From Dictyostelium discoideum (Eukaryota), in contig CM000153.2 in NCBI GenBank assembly GCA_000004695.1, positions 4,768,001 to 4,832,000 of the forward strand: a stretch of 64,000 nucleotides of DNA, given 5' to 3'. The translations under genes and the position numbers were made by a program. Below, in pieces: positions 25,559 to 38,033 of the stretch. The first letter of the stretch is position 1. Each line of letters begins with the position of its first letter. The notes under the pieces were generated by a model. That model saw only the letters and a list, made by a program, of their open reading frames with translations, was not told the origin of the DNA and made no database searches.

Positions 25559-26032
25559 ATGAAATATTTAAAGGGTTTAATTTTAGCTTTAGTAGCTTTA
25601 TCAAGTGTTAATTCATTAAATATAAAAGATGATGCTGAATGTATGCTTTGTAATGTTATAGTTGATGAAGCTGAGGCATATGTTGCACAAAATTTTAACT
25701 CCACTGAAATTTCTTCAATCCTCAGTGAAAATTGTCAATTACTCCCAAGCTTCCAAGACGTATGTATTGGTATTGTTGATGAATATACACCAACCATTAT
25801 TAAATATATAATTGCTAAAGAATCACCAACAACCATTTGTGAACAAATTAATTGTTGTGATTCATCATCATCATCATCATCATCTCAAGACTCTTCATCA
25901 TCAAATAATGACTCTTGGTCAGAATTTGGTTCATCATCTCAAGATTCTTCATCATTCGAAAATAATTCATCATCTGATAATTCTCAATCTAATACTGGTG
26001 CTTCAACAGGTACATCTGGTCATAGTTTGTAA
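25559..26032 (+). CDS. Saposin-like (Apl-type) secreted protein with one saposin-B domain and a Ser-rich tail (157 aa).
   Basis: Signal peptide. 'CMLCNVIVDEAEAY…NCQLLPSFQDVCIGIVDEYTPTIIKYI…TICEQINCC' 6-Cys saposin fold. Poly-S tail. Confidence 0.7.
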   Translation: MKYLKGLILALVALSSVNSLNIKDDAECMLCNVIVDEAEAYVAQNFNSTEISSILSENCQLLPSFQDVCIGIVDEYTPTIIKYIIAKESPTTICEQINCCDSSSSSSSSQDSSSSNNDSWSEFGSSSQDSSSFENNSSSDNSQSNTGASTGTSGHSL

Positions 26033-26404
26033 ATTAAACATTAAACTCCTTTTTAATAAATTAACCTTTTTATTATTATAAATTGTTTTTTTTTTATTGA
26101 TTTTTTTTTTGTTGATTTTTTTTTTTTTTAATTTTTAACACTTAAAAAAAAAGGTTTTGGGAAACTTTAAAAAAAAATATCTAAATTTCCCAAAAACTAT
26201 TTTTACCATTTTTTTATTTTTTTTATTTTTATTTTTTTATTTTTTTATTTTTATTTTTATTTTTTTCAAAACGATTTTTTTTTTTTCAACATTATTCAAA
26301 ACAGAAAATTCAATTTAATTTGTTTGCAATTATTTATTTATATTAAAATTTTATTTATAATTTTTTTATTTTTGTATTAGATAAAAAATAAAATAAAAAA
26401 AAAA

Positions 26405-26959
26405 ATGATGACTAAAGTTTATTATTATTGTTTTATTATATTTTTATTATTTATTTCAATGATAACATTATCAAATGGTGCAAAAGATATGGAATCAAAT
26501 GAACCAAGCAATTTAAACTTTTATGAATTAACAGAATCATTAAAAGAATCACCAGCATGTACAATTTGTGAATACTTTGTTAATGAAGTTGAAGTATTAT
26601 TATCAAGTAATACTAGTCTTTCAAAGATAAATCAAACTTTAGAACAAGATTGTGGTTTATTTCCATCATTTGTAGAGACATGTTTAGAGGTTGTTATAAA
26701 GTATACAACATTGATGATCAAATATATTGAACAAAAAGAAACAGCAATTTACATTTGTGATAATCAATTTAATTTATGTGATAGTGGTAGTCAATCAGAT
26801 TCAACAGATTATGATTCCTCAAATTCATTTACAGGTTCTTATAATTCAGGTTCATCAATTTCATTTTCTTCAGATTCTTCAAACCCATCATCTGGTTCAG
26901 GTTCTATAACAGGTTCAATGACAGGTTCTGGTTCAGGTTCAGCTGGTCCATTTTATTAA
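26405..26959 (+). CDS. Saposin-like (Apl-type) secreted protein with one saposin-B domain and a Ser/Gly-rich tail (184 aa).
   Basis: Signal/TM MMTKVYYYCFIIFLLFISMITLS. 'CTICEYFVNEVEVLL…DCGLFPSFVETCLEVVIKY…YICDNQFNLC'. Confidence 0.65.
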   Translation: MMTKVYYYCFIIFLLFISMITLSNGAKDMESNEPSNLNFYELTESLKESPACTICEYFVNEVEVLLSSNTSLSKINQTLEQDCGLFPSFVETCLEVVIKYTTLMIKYIEQKETAIYICDNQFNLCDSGSQSDSTDYDSSNSFTGSYNSGSSISFSSDSSNPSSGSGSITGSMTGSGSGSAGPFY

Positions 26960-27163
26960 AGTTTTTTTAAAAAAAAAAAAAAATAATAATAACAATAATA
27001 ATAATTTATATTTAAATTAAATATAAATTATATAATATCTAATATTGTGTATATAAATAAATTATTTATTAATATAAAAATTTAAAAAATATAATCAAGT
27101 GAAAAGTAGTAACAAAACGATTGAGTTGACCTTACAACAATTATTTCACCAAAAATATATAAT

Positions 27164-27196
<33 letters not shown>

Positions 27197-27211
27197 ATAT
27201 ATATTATTATT

Positions 27212-27258
<47 letters not shown>

Positions 27259-27282
27259 TTTGATTTATAATATATACATATT

Positions 27283-27662
27283 TTACAAATTAATATAAGG
27301 ACATGGATTAATATTAAAATCTCTAGAATAAATATATTCAATTATGGAATAGATTATTCTTAGGGAGGTATTGGTTTGATTTATTTCTTGAGAACACTCG
27401 ATGACATCACCATTTCTTTTTAATTTTAAATAACATTTATCATTGATAACTAGATGATTTTGAGGTTTCCTTTTAAATCCATCTTTGAATTTATTGAATA
27501 ATTCAAATCTTTTAAGTTCATCTTGAGTAGGAGATAAAATAACCATTGAGTTGTGAGAATAATAATCATGTTTACGGATACCAAAGTCATATATACCAGC
27601 ACAATCCTCAACAAAATATTTTTGTTTAGATGATATTGGTAATTTATAACCTTTACCACCTC

Positions 27663-27694
<32 letters not shown>

Positions 27695-30261
27695 GATGAA
27701 CTATTAGTTTCTTTATTAATACTCCAATTAGAATTAATATCATATATTATTTTTGCACCAGTTAAAAATACAGGATATTTGTTTAAGGAACGTTTATTTG
27801 AATAAATAAAATCTTTACATGAATAATTCCATTGAATTTCTTTTGCCTTAAATTGATCAATAGTTAAGGGATCAATTCCACTACCAACATAAAGACCATA
27901 ATCATCATTTTCCCTATGATACATTAAATTTGATAATTCCGTAATAATTATAGATGGTACTTTTTGATTTAAAAATTTAATAATTTCTTCATTTAATGAT
28001 AATTCATTATTATTATTATTTATATTATTATTAATGTCATTATAATAATAATTTGATGACAATGTTTGTGGTATTTGAATATTTGGTTGTGGTGAACCAT
28101 CATTGGTATTATTATTATTATTATCATCATCATTTATCATTGATAAATAATTTTCAATTTCTAAATTTTCAATAAATTGTTTTTGATAATTTTGATTATG
28201 TTCAATATGAACTAAATTAATAAAAAGATCAATTCTATGAATATTTAATTTAATTTGATTAATGAAGTTTTCCATGCTTCTTGTATTTACTTGAAAATTG
28301 ATTTTAATTATTGATAATCTTTCTAAACTTGATTCATAATCAGTTTTTTTAAATTTTTCAATAAACTTTTTCTTTGCAATTAATGGAAAACGTGTTGTAA
28401 TTGTTACATTGAAACCAAATTTTAAAAATGATTGAGCCACATCGAAACCCACACCAACTCTACCACCTAAAATAACGATATTCATTTGATTGAGTAATAA
28501 TCTAAAGTTTGGATAAAACATTGGAAAAATGGAACCTTTTTTTTTTTTACACTCGTGGCAATTATCCAATGAACATTCATTGGATGATCGATCAATCTTG
28601 AAAACTTGTTTTGGCATTTCAAGCATTTCAGTAGTATTACATAGATTACATTTCCTCAAAAGTTTCATACCTAGTTGTCTAAATTTTACAATTGGAAATT
28701 TGAATGATAAATCATGAAATTCATTGAGATTAGAGTGATTTTGACCTTTAGCCCTCATTAGAGAATACACATCATTAGTTATTAAATAATCAGAGTCTTT
28801 TGATATATCCAATAACCATCGATTAAATTGAGTTAATAACATTAAAGTTCCAGATTCAAAAACAACACTGGGTCCATAATCTCCAAATAGATGTTCATAA
28901 TCTAAAAATGATTCGATTGGTGTGTTTGTTGATAGTTTAAAGAATTTTTCAACAAATGGTAAATCTGGACCAATGTTTCCCGCTTTTATTATCATTTGAA
29001 GAGAGTTTTCAAATGGTTGAATCCCAGATTGATTATCCTTTGGACAATAATTATTAATAATATTATCAAAACCACGAATTGTATACTTATTGATTCTTGA
29101 TATATCTAAACCCGGTGCGATATAGTTAATTCTATTATTGAATGATCTAACTGTTCTTGGTAGCATATAAACATTATCACCATCATAAACACTTGAACAA
29201 CAATCGAAGTCGAAATAAAAGATTATATCTTGAATTGATCTATAAAGAGTTAACATAATTTGAATTTGTCTATATGGATATTTTGATACTAATGAAATTG
29301 CATTTGTGGTTCTTATAAATGTATAATCATCCTTATTAAAATTAACATCTTTTTTTAAATTATTTAAAACTTGATTCGCAACTTGTCTTAACTTTTCTTC
29401 ACCATTTATTAAATTATCAGTAATTATCCATAAATCAATATCTGATTCAAAATATGGTGATTTTATACCATGATATCTTTGAAATAATAATTCTCTAAAT
29501 TTTGAACCTCTTTCAACCAATTCCATTAAATAATCAACTAAAATAATTGGCATTCTTGATTTATATAAAACTCTTTTAATTTGTACTAATTTTAAATATT
29601 CTCTTTTAATTTCAAAAGGTAAACTATCTAAACATGCCGTTATTGAACCACCTGCTACTACAACTTTTGTTTTATCATCACTACCACTACCACTACCACT
29701 GCCCCAACCAAAATCTTTATCAAATATTCCATTTGTAAAAACTGAAAAACATTTTTTAAATAATTCTAATGATGGTACGATTGAATAATCACCATTTTTT
29801 AATTTTCTATGAAATGGTTTTGGATTATCATCAAAAGCGATAGTGTCTCTTGCTAATTCTGATAATGATAAATTACCTTGATTACTTTTAAAGATTTCTT
29901 TATTACAATATAATTTTGGTTTTGTAAAAAAATGATTTTCATAAACTTCTTGATCATAAACTTTAATTAATTTTTGATAATTATTATTATTGTTGTTATT
30001 ATTATCATTATTAAATATCATTGTTGATGTATCGGTTGTATTATTATTTCCAATATTAAAGATTGAATCTTTAATATATCCAAATTGAACTTCTTTATAT
30101 TCTTCCAATGAAACCAATTGATTAACCATACCTATAGAATTTTCTAATAAACCAATAAGGTTACACATAAGGTGTATATATTTAACTTTTTTAAACATTT
30201 TTTTAATACAATTATCAATTAACATAATTAATTGATCATTATTATTGTTATTATTATTTTG

Positions 30262-30360
<99 letters not shown>

Positions 30361-30785
30361 ATATAGTTTTAATTTTAATAATGTTTCAATATAGATATAT
30401 TCTGTTTGAAATGGTTTTTTAAGTTTTTCTTGAACATGAGATCTAAGGAAAAGTTCAATTTCACTTAAATGTGATAATAAACACATTGATAATAATTTAA
30501 CCCTTTTTTTAACTTTATCTTTGAAAAAATAATGATATAGTGGGGTATGTCCGACATCTGAATCTATATTTAATATGAATTCTTGAATTTCCTTATCATT
30601 TTCATTCTTTATTTCAATTGAAACCGATGGATTCAATGATGAGAGTAGATTATCCATTTCTTTCATTTTGTTAATTACATACTTTGATACTTTATATAAC
30701 ATATTAACTTTTGATTGTGAAATTTCCATTAAAATTTCATTAAATCTTTGTTTTTTATAATTTATTTTAAATTCATTATATTTTC

Positions 30786-30851
<66 letters not shown>

Positions 30852-31133
30852 CATGACAAAAGGAAGATAAAAATAGTCTTACTTTTGGACCTAATGAATT
30901 AGGAGAAATTAGTAACATTAAATCTAAATTTTTTGGATGAGCTTTTGCACAAGAAAAAATAGGGGAGGAGTATTTATCTGATAAAACTGTATATTTTGAA
31001 ATGGTTATCCCTGAGTAATCATAACCAAAATAAAAATTTTCAATTTGAATGATTGAATGAATAGGAGGTTCTTCAGATTGAAATTGGACAAAATATTGAT
31101 AGACTGAATCTGTAATGCAAGATGTATTTCTTA

Positions 31134-31217
<84 letters not shown>

Positions 31218-31314
31218 ATTATTATTATTTGATTTTTTTTTTTGTATAATGTAAATATTATAATGTAATAAGTTAGTTTTGAAATGAGTATATATATTTA
31301 ATTTTGGAGAGAGG

Positions 31315-31346
<32 letters not shown>

Positions 31347-31675
31347 TACAAATTATTAAAAAGCGGATGTTCCATACTTCCTAAAAATTGAAAAACTAGA
31401 TTTAAATGTTTTATATTTTTTGAAAAAGAGCTTGTTAATGATGGTTTATTATTAAAAAATATTGAAAATTTATTGACTATTGAATTATCTTTATTTAAAA
31501 ATAATGAAATTAATCTATCTATTTCAAAATTATTTTTATTTCTTGTTTGAATATAGGATTCAATTGCTTTTGTTTCATTTTCATTTGAGATTTTAATGAA
31601 TTCTTCTTCAATTTCATATAAATTTTCAATATTTATTTCTTTTTCATCCAATTCTAGTTCTTCATTTTCTTTCAT
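27283..31675 (-). CDS. Large (~1390 aa) poly-N-rich protein of unknown function, with a Cys-rich cluster and an internal short-chain-dehydrogenase-like Rossmann segment. complement(join(27283..31129,31350..31675))
   Basis: Exon 1 runs from ATG 31675 (MKENEELELDEK…) to …HPLFNNL with a GTAAGT donor (plus 31344-49). The intron contains (ATT)n. Exon 2 begins at acceptor aattaag (31130-31) and the frame stays open from there (NTSCITDSVYQYF…), with no ATG before the track's M at 30918. SDR-like 'ILGGRVGVGFDVAQSFLKFGFNVTITTR…NIHRIDLFINLVHIEHN'. Cys cluster 'KCNLCNTTEMLEMPKQVFKIDRSSNECSLDNCHECKKKKG'. Confidence 0.55.
30241..30358 (-). repeat. (AAT)n coding repeat (plus strand ATT/TTA) giving a poly-N ~40 inside the large 27283..31675 gene; a second tract at 30786..30850
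   Basis: Direct reading. Confidence 0.85.
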
Positions 31676-31741
31676 TTCTATTTGATTTAAATGGATTTTG
31701 AAAAAAAAGGTGTCTAATGGATTTTGAAAAAAAAGGTGGAG

Positions 31742-31777
<36 letters not shown>

Positions 31778-31785
31778 AAAAAGTG

Positions 31786-31817
<32 letters not shown>

Positions 31818-32130
31818 AAATCAATAATTGTTTTTATTTATGGAAAAAAAAAAAAATCTTGTAATTCGATATTTAAATTTTATATTCTGTCCACCATTTT
31901 ATCTATTTTTTTAATAAAAAACAATAAAGTAAATATAAAACTAATAATACATCCATACATATTAGAACAACCACCACTATAAATTTGGAAAATAAAAAAA
32001 TAAAAAATAATATCTTCTTTCAATTTTAATATTTTTATATTTTTAATATTCCAATATTTTACTTTTATTATTTACAATTTTTCAATTATTATTATTTTTC
32101 ATTGACTTTTTATTTTACTTTTTTTTATTT

Positions 32131-32509
32131 TTATTTTTTATCTTTCCAAAAGGCAATACAACAAGTAATATAAGAAGATACTGTAATAAAGGGTAATAAT
32201 GCAACTAATGGTCTTCTATCTCCATAATGTAGTCTATAAAGCGAAAAGGTTAATGCAATTGGAGTCGCAATAAAACTATATAGACATCCATACTGAAATC
32301 TGTTTTTGAATCTACCACTAAAAATTAAATTTTGTAAGAAACAAAAATAATATAATAACAATAAAAATAATTATAAAAATTATAATAATTTACCTATCAT
32401 TCATCATTAAAGTTGCAAGTAATACACCTGTTCCCCATATTGGTGTTGCCACTAATGCAAGACCATATACTACCTTTAAAGAGGTATATAATGCTTCTTT
32501 ATTTAACAT
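32131..32509 (-). CDS. Small (~100 aa) membrane protein, HIG1-domain-like (hypoxia-induced gene 1 / Rcf1-like) with an extra N-terminal TM helix; tandem copy A. complement(join(32131..32317,32394..32509))
   Basis: Exon 1 MLNKEALYTSLKVVYGLALVATPIWGTGVLLATLMMND|gtaaat. Exon 2 (S)GRFKNRFQYGCLYSFIATPIALTFSLYRLHYGDRRPLVALLPFITV… resembles the HIG1 helix-loop 'PIGCLATAAALTYGLYSFHRGNSQRS'. The family call is tentative. Confidence 0.5.
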
Positions 32510-32600
32510 TTAATTGGTTAATAAAATTTAATGATGTGGTGGTGGTTTTAAAAAAAAATAAAAAAAAAAATTATTGCGAAGGTAGTTTAAAAAAAAAAAA

Positions 32601-32636
<36 letters not shown>

Positions 32637-32813
32637 TGTAAAATTGTGGATCTGATTTCAAATCAAGATTCACTTTTTTTTTTTTAAAAAATTAAAACCA
32701 AAAAATAAAAAAAAATAATAAAATTAAATATGTCACATTTTTGTATACTTAAAATTTTATTATTTTTTACAACTTTATTTATAAATTTTTTTATTTTTTT
32801 ATTTTTTTTATTT

Positions 32814-33228
32814 TTATTTGTTTTTTTTATCACTAAAAAAAGCATTACAACAAATTACATATGTTGAAATTGGTATTAAAGGTAAATAAATAAAAAATGG
32901 TAATTTATGACCTTTGTGTATACCAACAACACTTGAAGCTAAACAAAAAGGAGTGGCCACTAAACTTTCTAAACATCCATTTTGAAATCTATCTTTATAT
33001 GAATCACTATAAAATAAGTAATAAAAATAATAATAATCATAATAATAATAATATTAGTGATTGTGGAGAGAATAAACAAATAATTAATTGAAAATTATAA
33101 TACCTGTCATTCATCATAAAAGTTGCAAGTAATGCACCTGAACCCCATACTGGTGTTGCCACCAACGCAAGACCATAAACTACCTTAACTGAAGTATAAA
33201 CTGTGTTTTTTAAAGAAATTTTTGACAT
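32814..33228 (-). CDS. Small (~105 aa) HIG1-like membrane protein, tandem paralogue B of 32131..32509. complement(join(32814..33006,33104..33228))
   Basis: Exon 1 MSKISLKNTVYTSVKVVYGLALVATPVWGSGALLATFMMND|gtatta. Exon 2 SDSYKDRFQNGCLESLVATPFCLASSVVGIHKGHKLPFFIYLPLIPISTYVICCNAFFSDKKNK*. Same intron position and phase as copy A. Confidence 0.5.
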
Positions 33229-33560
33229 TCTATTTTTAATTAAAAAAAAAAAAAAAAAAAAAAGTCAAAAGTAATCATTTCTCAAATTTGCATTTAGCGA
33301 AAAAAAAAAAAAAAGAAAAAAAAAAGATATTTTTTGTTTTTGATTATCTCAATTCAAACAATAAATATAAATTTTTTCAAAGAATGGTAACAATCTCAGA
33401 TTTGATTGATTTTTTTTTTTTTTTTTTTTTTTTTTTGATTTTTTTTTTTTTTTTATTAGAATATGCAAATTTGCTTTTTTATTAAAATTAGAACATCAAC
33501 TTTTTAATCATTAATCTCAAAAATTAAAAAATATTTTGTCACTATAACAAATCTAGATGT

Positions 33561-33591
<31 letters not shown>

Positions 33592-33885
33592 AAAATATAA
33601 AAAATAATAATTATACTACTACATTAATAATTAGATTTGATTTTTATTATTAAAATCAAATATCCATTAATGTAATAAATAAAAAATATATAAATTCTTT
33701 TAAAAAAATAAAAAAAAATTTATTACCTAATTTAATTTCAATTTCCCTTTTTTAATATATTTTTTTTATTTTTTATTTTTTAATTTTTTTTTTTATTTTT
33801 TTTTATATTTTTTTTTTAATTTTTTTTTTAAAATTTTTTATTTTACACCATTTTTTTTTTTTTTTTCCCAAAGTCAATAGTAAAA

Positions 33886-35027
33886 ATGGATAATGATAAA
33901 GAAAGAGATAATAAACCAATTGATATAGAAAAAACGTCCACAAATAATAATAATAATAACAATATCAATAATAACAATAATAATAATAATAATAATAATA
34001 ATACAAATAACAATGCACCTGCCAAATCCTCTGGTGGATGGTAAGAATATTTTTACATATATAAAATAAAAGAGAAAAAAAAAAAAATATATAGATAAAG
34101 AAATAAAAAATTAACACAAATAAAACAAAATAAAAAAATAAAATAGGGGGTTTTGGGGATTTAATAATATTATAGAATCAGTTCAAAAGATTAATATTAT
34201 GGAGACTGTAACACAACAAGTTCAACAAATTCAACAAATGAATATTATGGAGACTGTACAACAAATGAATTCAGATTTAGTCGACACAATAAAGACTAAA
34301 TCCGATCAAATGGTTAATCTATATAAAGAAGATTTAAAGGAATTTTCAAGTTCATTAATGACTGATACTTCTCAAATAATTCAATCTCAATATGATAATG
34401 TAAAACAATATATACCCGAAACCATATCAAATGCAGTAGAGGATTTTAGTAGCAATAACAATAATAATAACAATAACAATAGCAATAATAACAATAATGA
34501 TAATAATAGTAATTTATCTTCAACACCACTTAAATCACCAGCAAATATATTATTAAAGAGTATTTCATTCTTTACATCTGATCCAAGTGATATTCAAGAG
34601 TTTGAACAATGGTCAGTAGAGTTTGGTGATGTAGATAATCATAATTTAGAGATAAATACAATACTATCAGGTGATGATGGTGTAAAAACTTTATACTTAA
34701 ACTATGTACCATCAAAGATTTCTCATCAACAATTTTGGCTTAAATATTTTTATAAACAATATAAAACTCAAAAAGAGGAAGAAAAGAGACAATTAATCTT
34801 TCAACGTAAGTTTTTTTTTAAAAAAAAAAAAATAATAAAAACCATTACACCAAAATTATATTTATAATATAATTAACACTTATTCATTCATTCATTGTAG
34901 AAGTCTCACAATCAAAAGAAGAAGAAGAAGTTGGTTGGGATGATTTCGATGATAGTGAAAATTTAGATAACAATAGCAATATAAATAATAGCGATATTAA
35001 CAACGATGTAAATGAACCAATTAATGT

Positions 35028-35067
<40 letters not shown>

Positions 35068-35571
35068 AATAATGAAGAAATAGTGGATGGTGATGAAATA
35101 TCAAATTCTGCAACTATTGCAACATCAATAACTACAACAACAACAACAACAACAGCCTCATCCTTTACAAATACAGAAAATAAATCAGAAGAATTCATTG
35201 ATAGTGATGATGAATTGGATAGAGAAATTGAAAGAAAGTATCAAGAAGAACAAAGATTATTAGAAATAGAGAAACAAGAAAAATTAAGAAAGTCATTAAG
35301 CGCAAATTTTAATGATGTTAAAAAAGAAGAAGAAGAAGAAGAAGAAGAAAAAGAAGAAGAAGAAAAAGAAAATTTACAAGTTAATGAACAATTTGAAGAG
35401 AAACAAATAGAACAACCAATTGAACAATCAATTGAAAAACAAAATGAAGAACAAATAATAGAACAAATAATAGAACAAACAATAGAACAAAAAGAATTAG
35501 TTTTTGATAATGAAAATAATAATAGTAACATTCAAGCCAATGAAGATGATGAAGAGTTAGGTTGGGATTAA
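33886..35571 (+). CDS. BSD-domain protein (BSDC1-like), ~494 aa, with poly-N/poly-Q and an acidic EEEE/(EQIIEQ)n C-terminus. join(33886..34040,34147..34805,34901..35571)
   Basis: BSD signature '…LYLNYVPSKISHQQFWLKYFYKQYK' (cf. human BSDC1 'FWHRYFYK'). N-terminal 'GGW|GFWGF' parallels the BSDC1 'GWWRSW'. GTAAGA donor at 34041; GTAAGT donor at 34806; acceptors aaaatag (34146) and cattgtag (34900). Confidence 0.6.
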
Positions 35572-36108
35572 AAAACAAAAACATAACCAAAAATAAAATT
35601 AAAAATAAAAAAAACATAACCAAAAACAAAAAATTTTTGGAAATTGGGAAATAAAATTTCTTTATTAGTGTTTTTTTGAGCGAAAATATTTTTTAATTTT
35701 TTTATTTTTAATTTTTTTTTTTTTTTTTATTTTTTTTTTTTTTTTTTTTTTAATTTATTTTTTTTTTTATTTTTTTTTTTAAAAATTTTTTTTTTTTCAA
35801 GATAATTGAAAATTTTTTATATTAATTCTCTCACCAAATCACCTTAAAAAAAAAAAAAAAATTTATAATATCATTTTTATTATTTATTCGTATACATTAA
35901 ACAAATATTAATAACTTCGTTTTTTACACATAAAAAAAATTAATAAAAATAAAAAAATATAATTTTAATAAAAAAAAATTACATATAAATATAAATAAAA
36001 ATATTACCCCTAATTTTCACTATTGCACAAAAACTAAACAATAAATAAAATAAATAAATAAAATAAATAAATACATATATATATATATACAAAAAAATCT
36101 TTTAGGAA

Positions 36109-36172
36109 ATGACAGATACTGAAAAAAGTTTTAAAGTTGTCCTTCTTGGTGAAGGTAATTTCATAGATTTAA

Positions 36173-36203
<31 letters not shown>

Positions 36204-36727
36204 TATATATATATTAAATATTTACTAATTTGAATCAAATTCAATAAATAGGTTGTGTTGGTAAAACATCAATAGTTTTTAGATATATAGACAATATATT
36301 TAACGATAAACATTTAATGACTCAACACGCAGGTTTCTTTCAAAAACATATAAATATAGGTGGTAAAAGAATTTGTTTGACAATTTGGGATACAGGTAAT
36401 TTTATAATATATATATAACATATATATATTTACATATTTTTATTTATATTAAATATTCACTATATAAATGTACTAATATTATTTTTATTTTAACAATAAC
36501 AGCAGGACAAGAAAGATTTCATGCACTAGGACCAATTTATTATAGAGGTTCACAAGGTGCACTTGTTGTTTACGATATTACAGATAATGATTCATTTATT
36601 AAAGCAAAAAATTGGATTAAAGAATTAAAAACTATGTTGGGAAATGATATCTCTCTTTGTATTATTGGTAATAAATGTGATCTAGAAAAAACTCGTGTCA
36701 TTCCTTTGGCTGACGCAGAAGCGTAAG

Positions 36728-36760
<33 letters not shown>

Positions 36761-37187
36761 ACAAAACTAAATATTTGAGTGGATTATCAAAAGTATTCTT
36801 TTACTAACTAATTTAAATTTTCTTTTAAAACATTTTAGTTATGCAAAATCAGTAGGTGCAATTCATTATAGTACATCAGCAAAATTAAATAAGGGTATTG
36901 AGGAACTTTTCTTAGATCTCACAAGACGTATGTATATTTTAAAAATACACTCATATTATCATTCCTTTTGTTGTGTTCTTCCACTATTTTCCACATACTT
37001 TTTTTTTTTTTTTTTTTTTTTTCAAAGTCGGCAACCTAAAAATTTGAACTTTTTTTTTTGTTTAAGAAAATTCCAAAATATCTATTTTTTTTTTTTATAT
37101 TTTTTTTTTTTATTTTTATTTTCTTTTAAAACAGATCATCTAACTTAAATCTAAAAAAAAAATTATCTTATTAAAAAAAAAAAAAAA

Positions 37188-37281
<94 letters not shown>

Positions 37282-37424
37282 TAGGAATGATCTTAAATTC
37301 TTCAGGTGTCGTAATTCATTCAAATACCAACACTACAGGTCAAACTACAAATAGATCAGAAAGAATTCCAATTGTACCAGATAGCGATTCAGGTAATAAA
37401 CAACCAGGTTGTTGTTCAAATTAA
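36109..37424 (+). CDS. rab21: Rab21 small GTPase (5 exons), C-terminal prenylation motif CCSN. join(36109..36154,36252..36395,36503..36722,36839..36927,37285..37424)
   Basis: Spliced product MTDTEKSFKVVLLGEGCVGKTSIVFRYIDNIFNDKHLMTQHAGFFQKHINIGGKRICLTIWDTAGQERFHALGPIYYRGSQGALVVYDITDNDSFIKAKNWIKELKTMLGNDISLCIIGNKCDLEKTRVIPLADAEAYAKSVGAIHYSTSAKLNKGIEELFLDLTRRM… matches human RAB21 nearly residue-for-residue through the G domain. Intron 4 carries (AAT)~30. Confidence 0.85.
37187..37280 (+). repeat. (AAT)~31 microsatellite inside rab21 intron 4
   Basis: Direct reading. Confidence 0.9.
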
Positions 37425-37668
37425 TTTAAAAAACAATAATATCAAATAAATATCAATATGAACCCAAATTAATATCACATCGTTGTTGTCATTTTTATTC
37501 TTATCATACCGCAATTTCGTCATCATTCATTTACATTACTATAAACAATTCTTATCTCATCACCATCATCATTATATCAACAATACGTTTCCATCCTCGC
37601 AATAACCAAGTTTTAAAAAAAAAAAAAAACAAGAAAAGAAAAAAAGAAAAAAAAAAAAAGAAGAAAAG

Positions 37669-37699
<31 letters not shown>

Positions 37700-38033
37700 G
37701 AAAAAAAAAAGGAAAAAAAAAGAAAAAACATATAAAATAGATAAAATTAAATTTTAATTTTTTAAACCTTGTAAAATTTTTATATAAACATTAAGAATAT
37801 AATTTTACCTATTTTTTAATTTTATATTATTTTTTTTTTAAATAAAGTTTACTTTTTCTTTTAAAGTGAATAAAAAAAAGAAAAAAAAAAAAAAAGCAAA
37901 AGATTTTTGTTTATAGTTTTTTTTTATTTGTAAAGTTAATAGAATAAAAAGGATTTTTTAAATAAATTGTTAGATTGATATATATATATAATAAAATAAA
38001 ATTTATATATATTGTGATTGTTATTGATTATTT

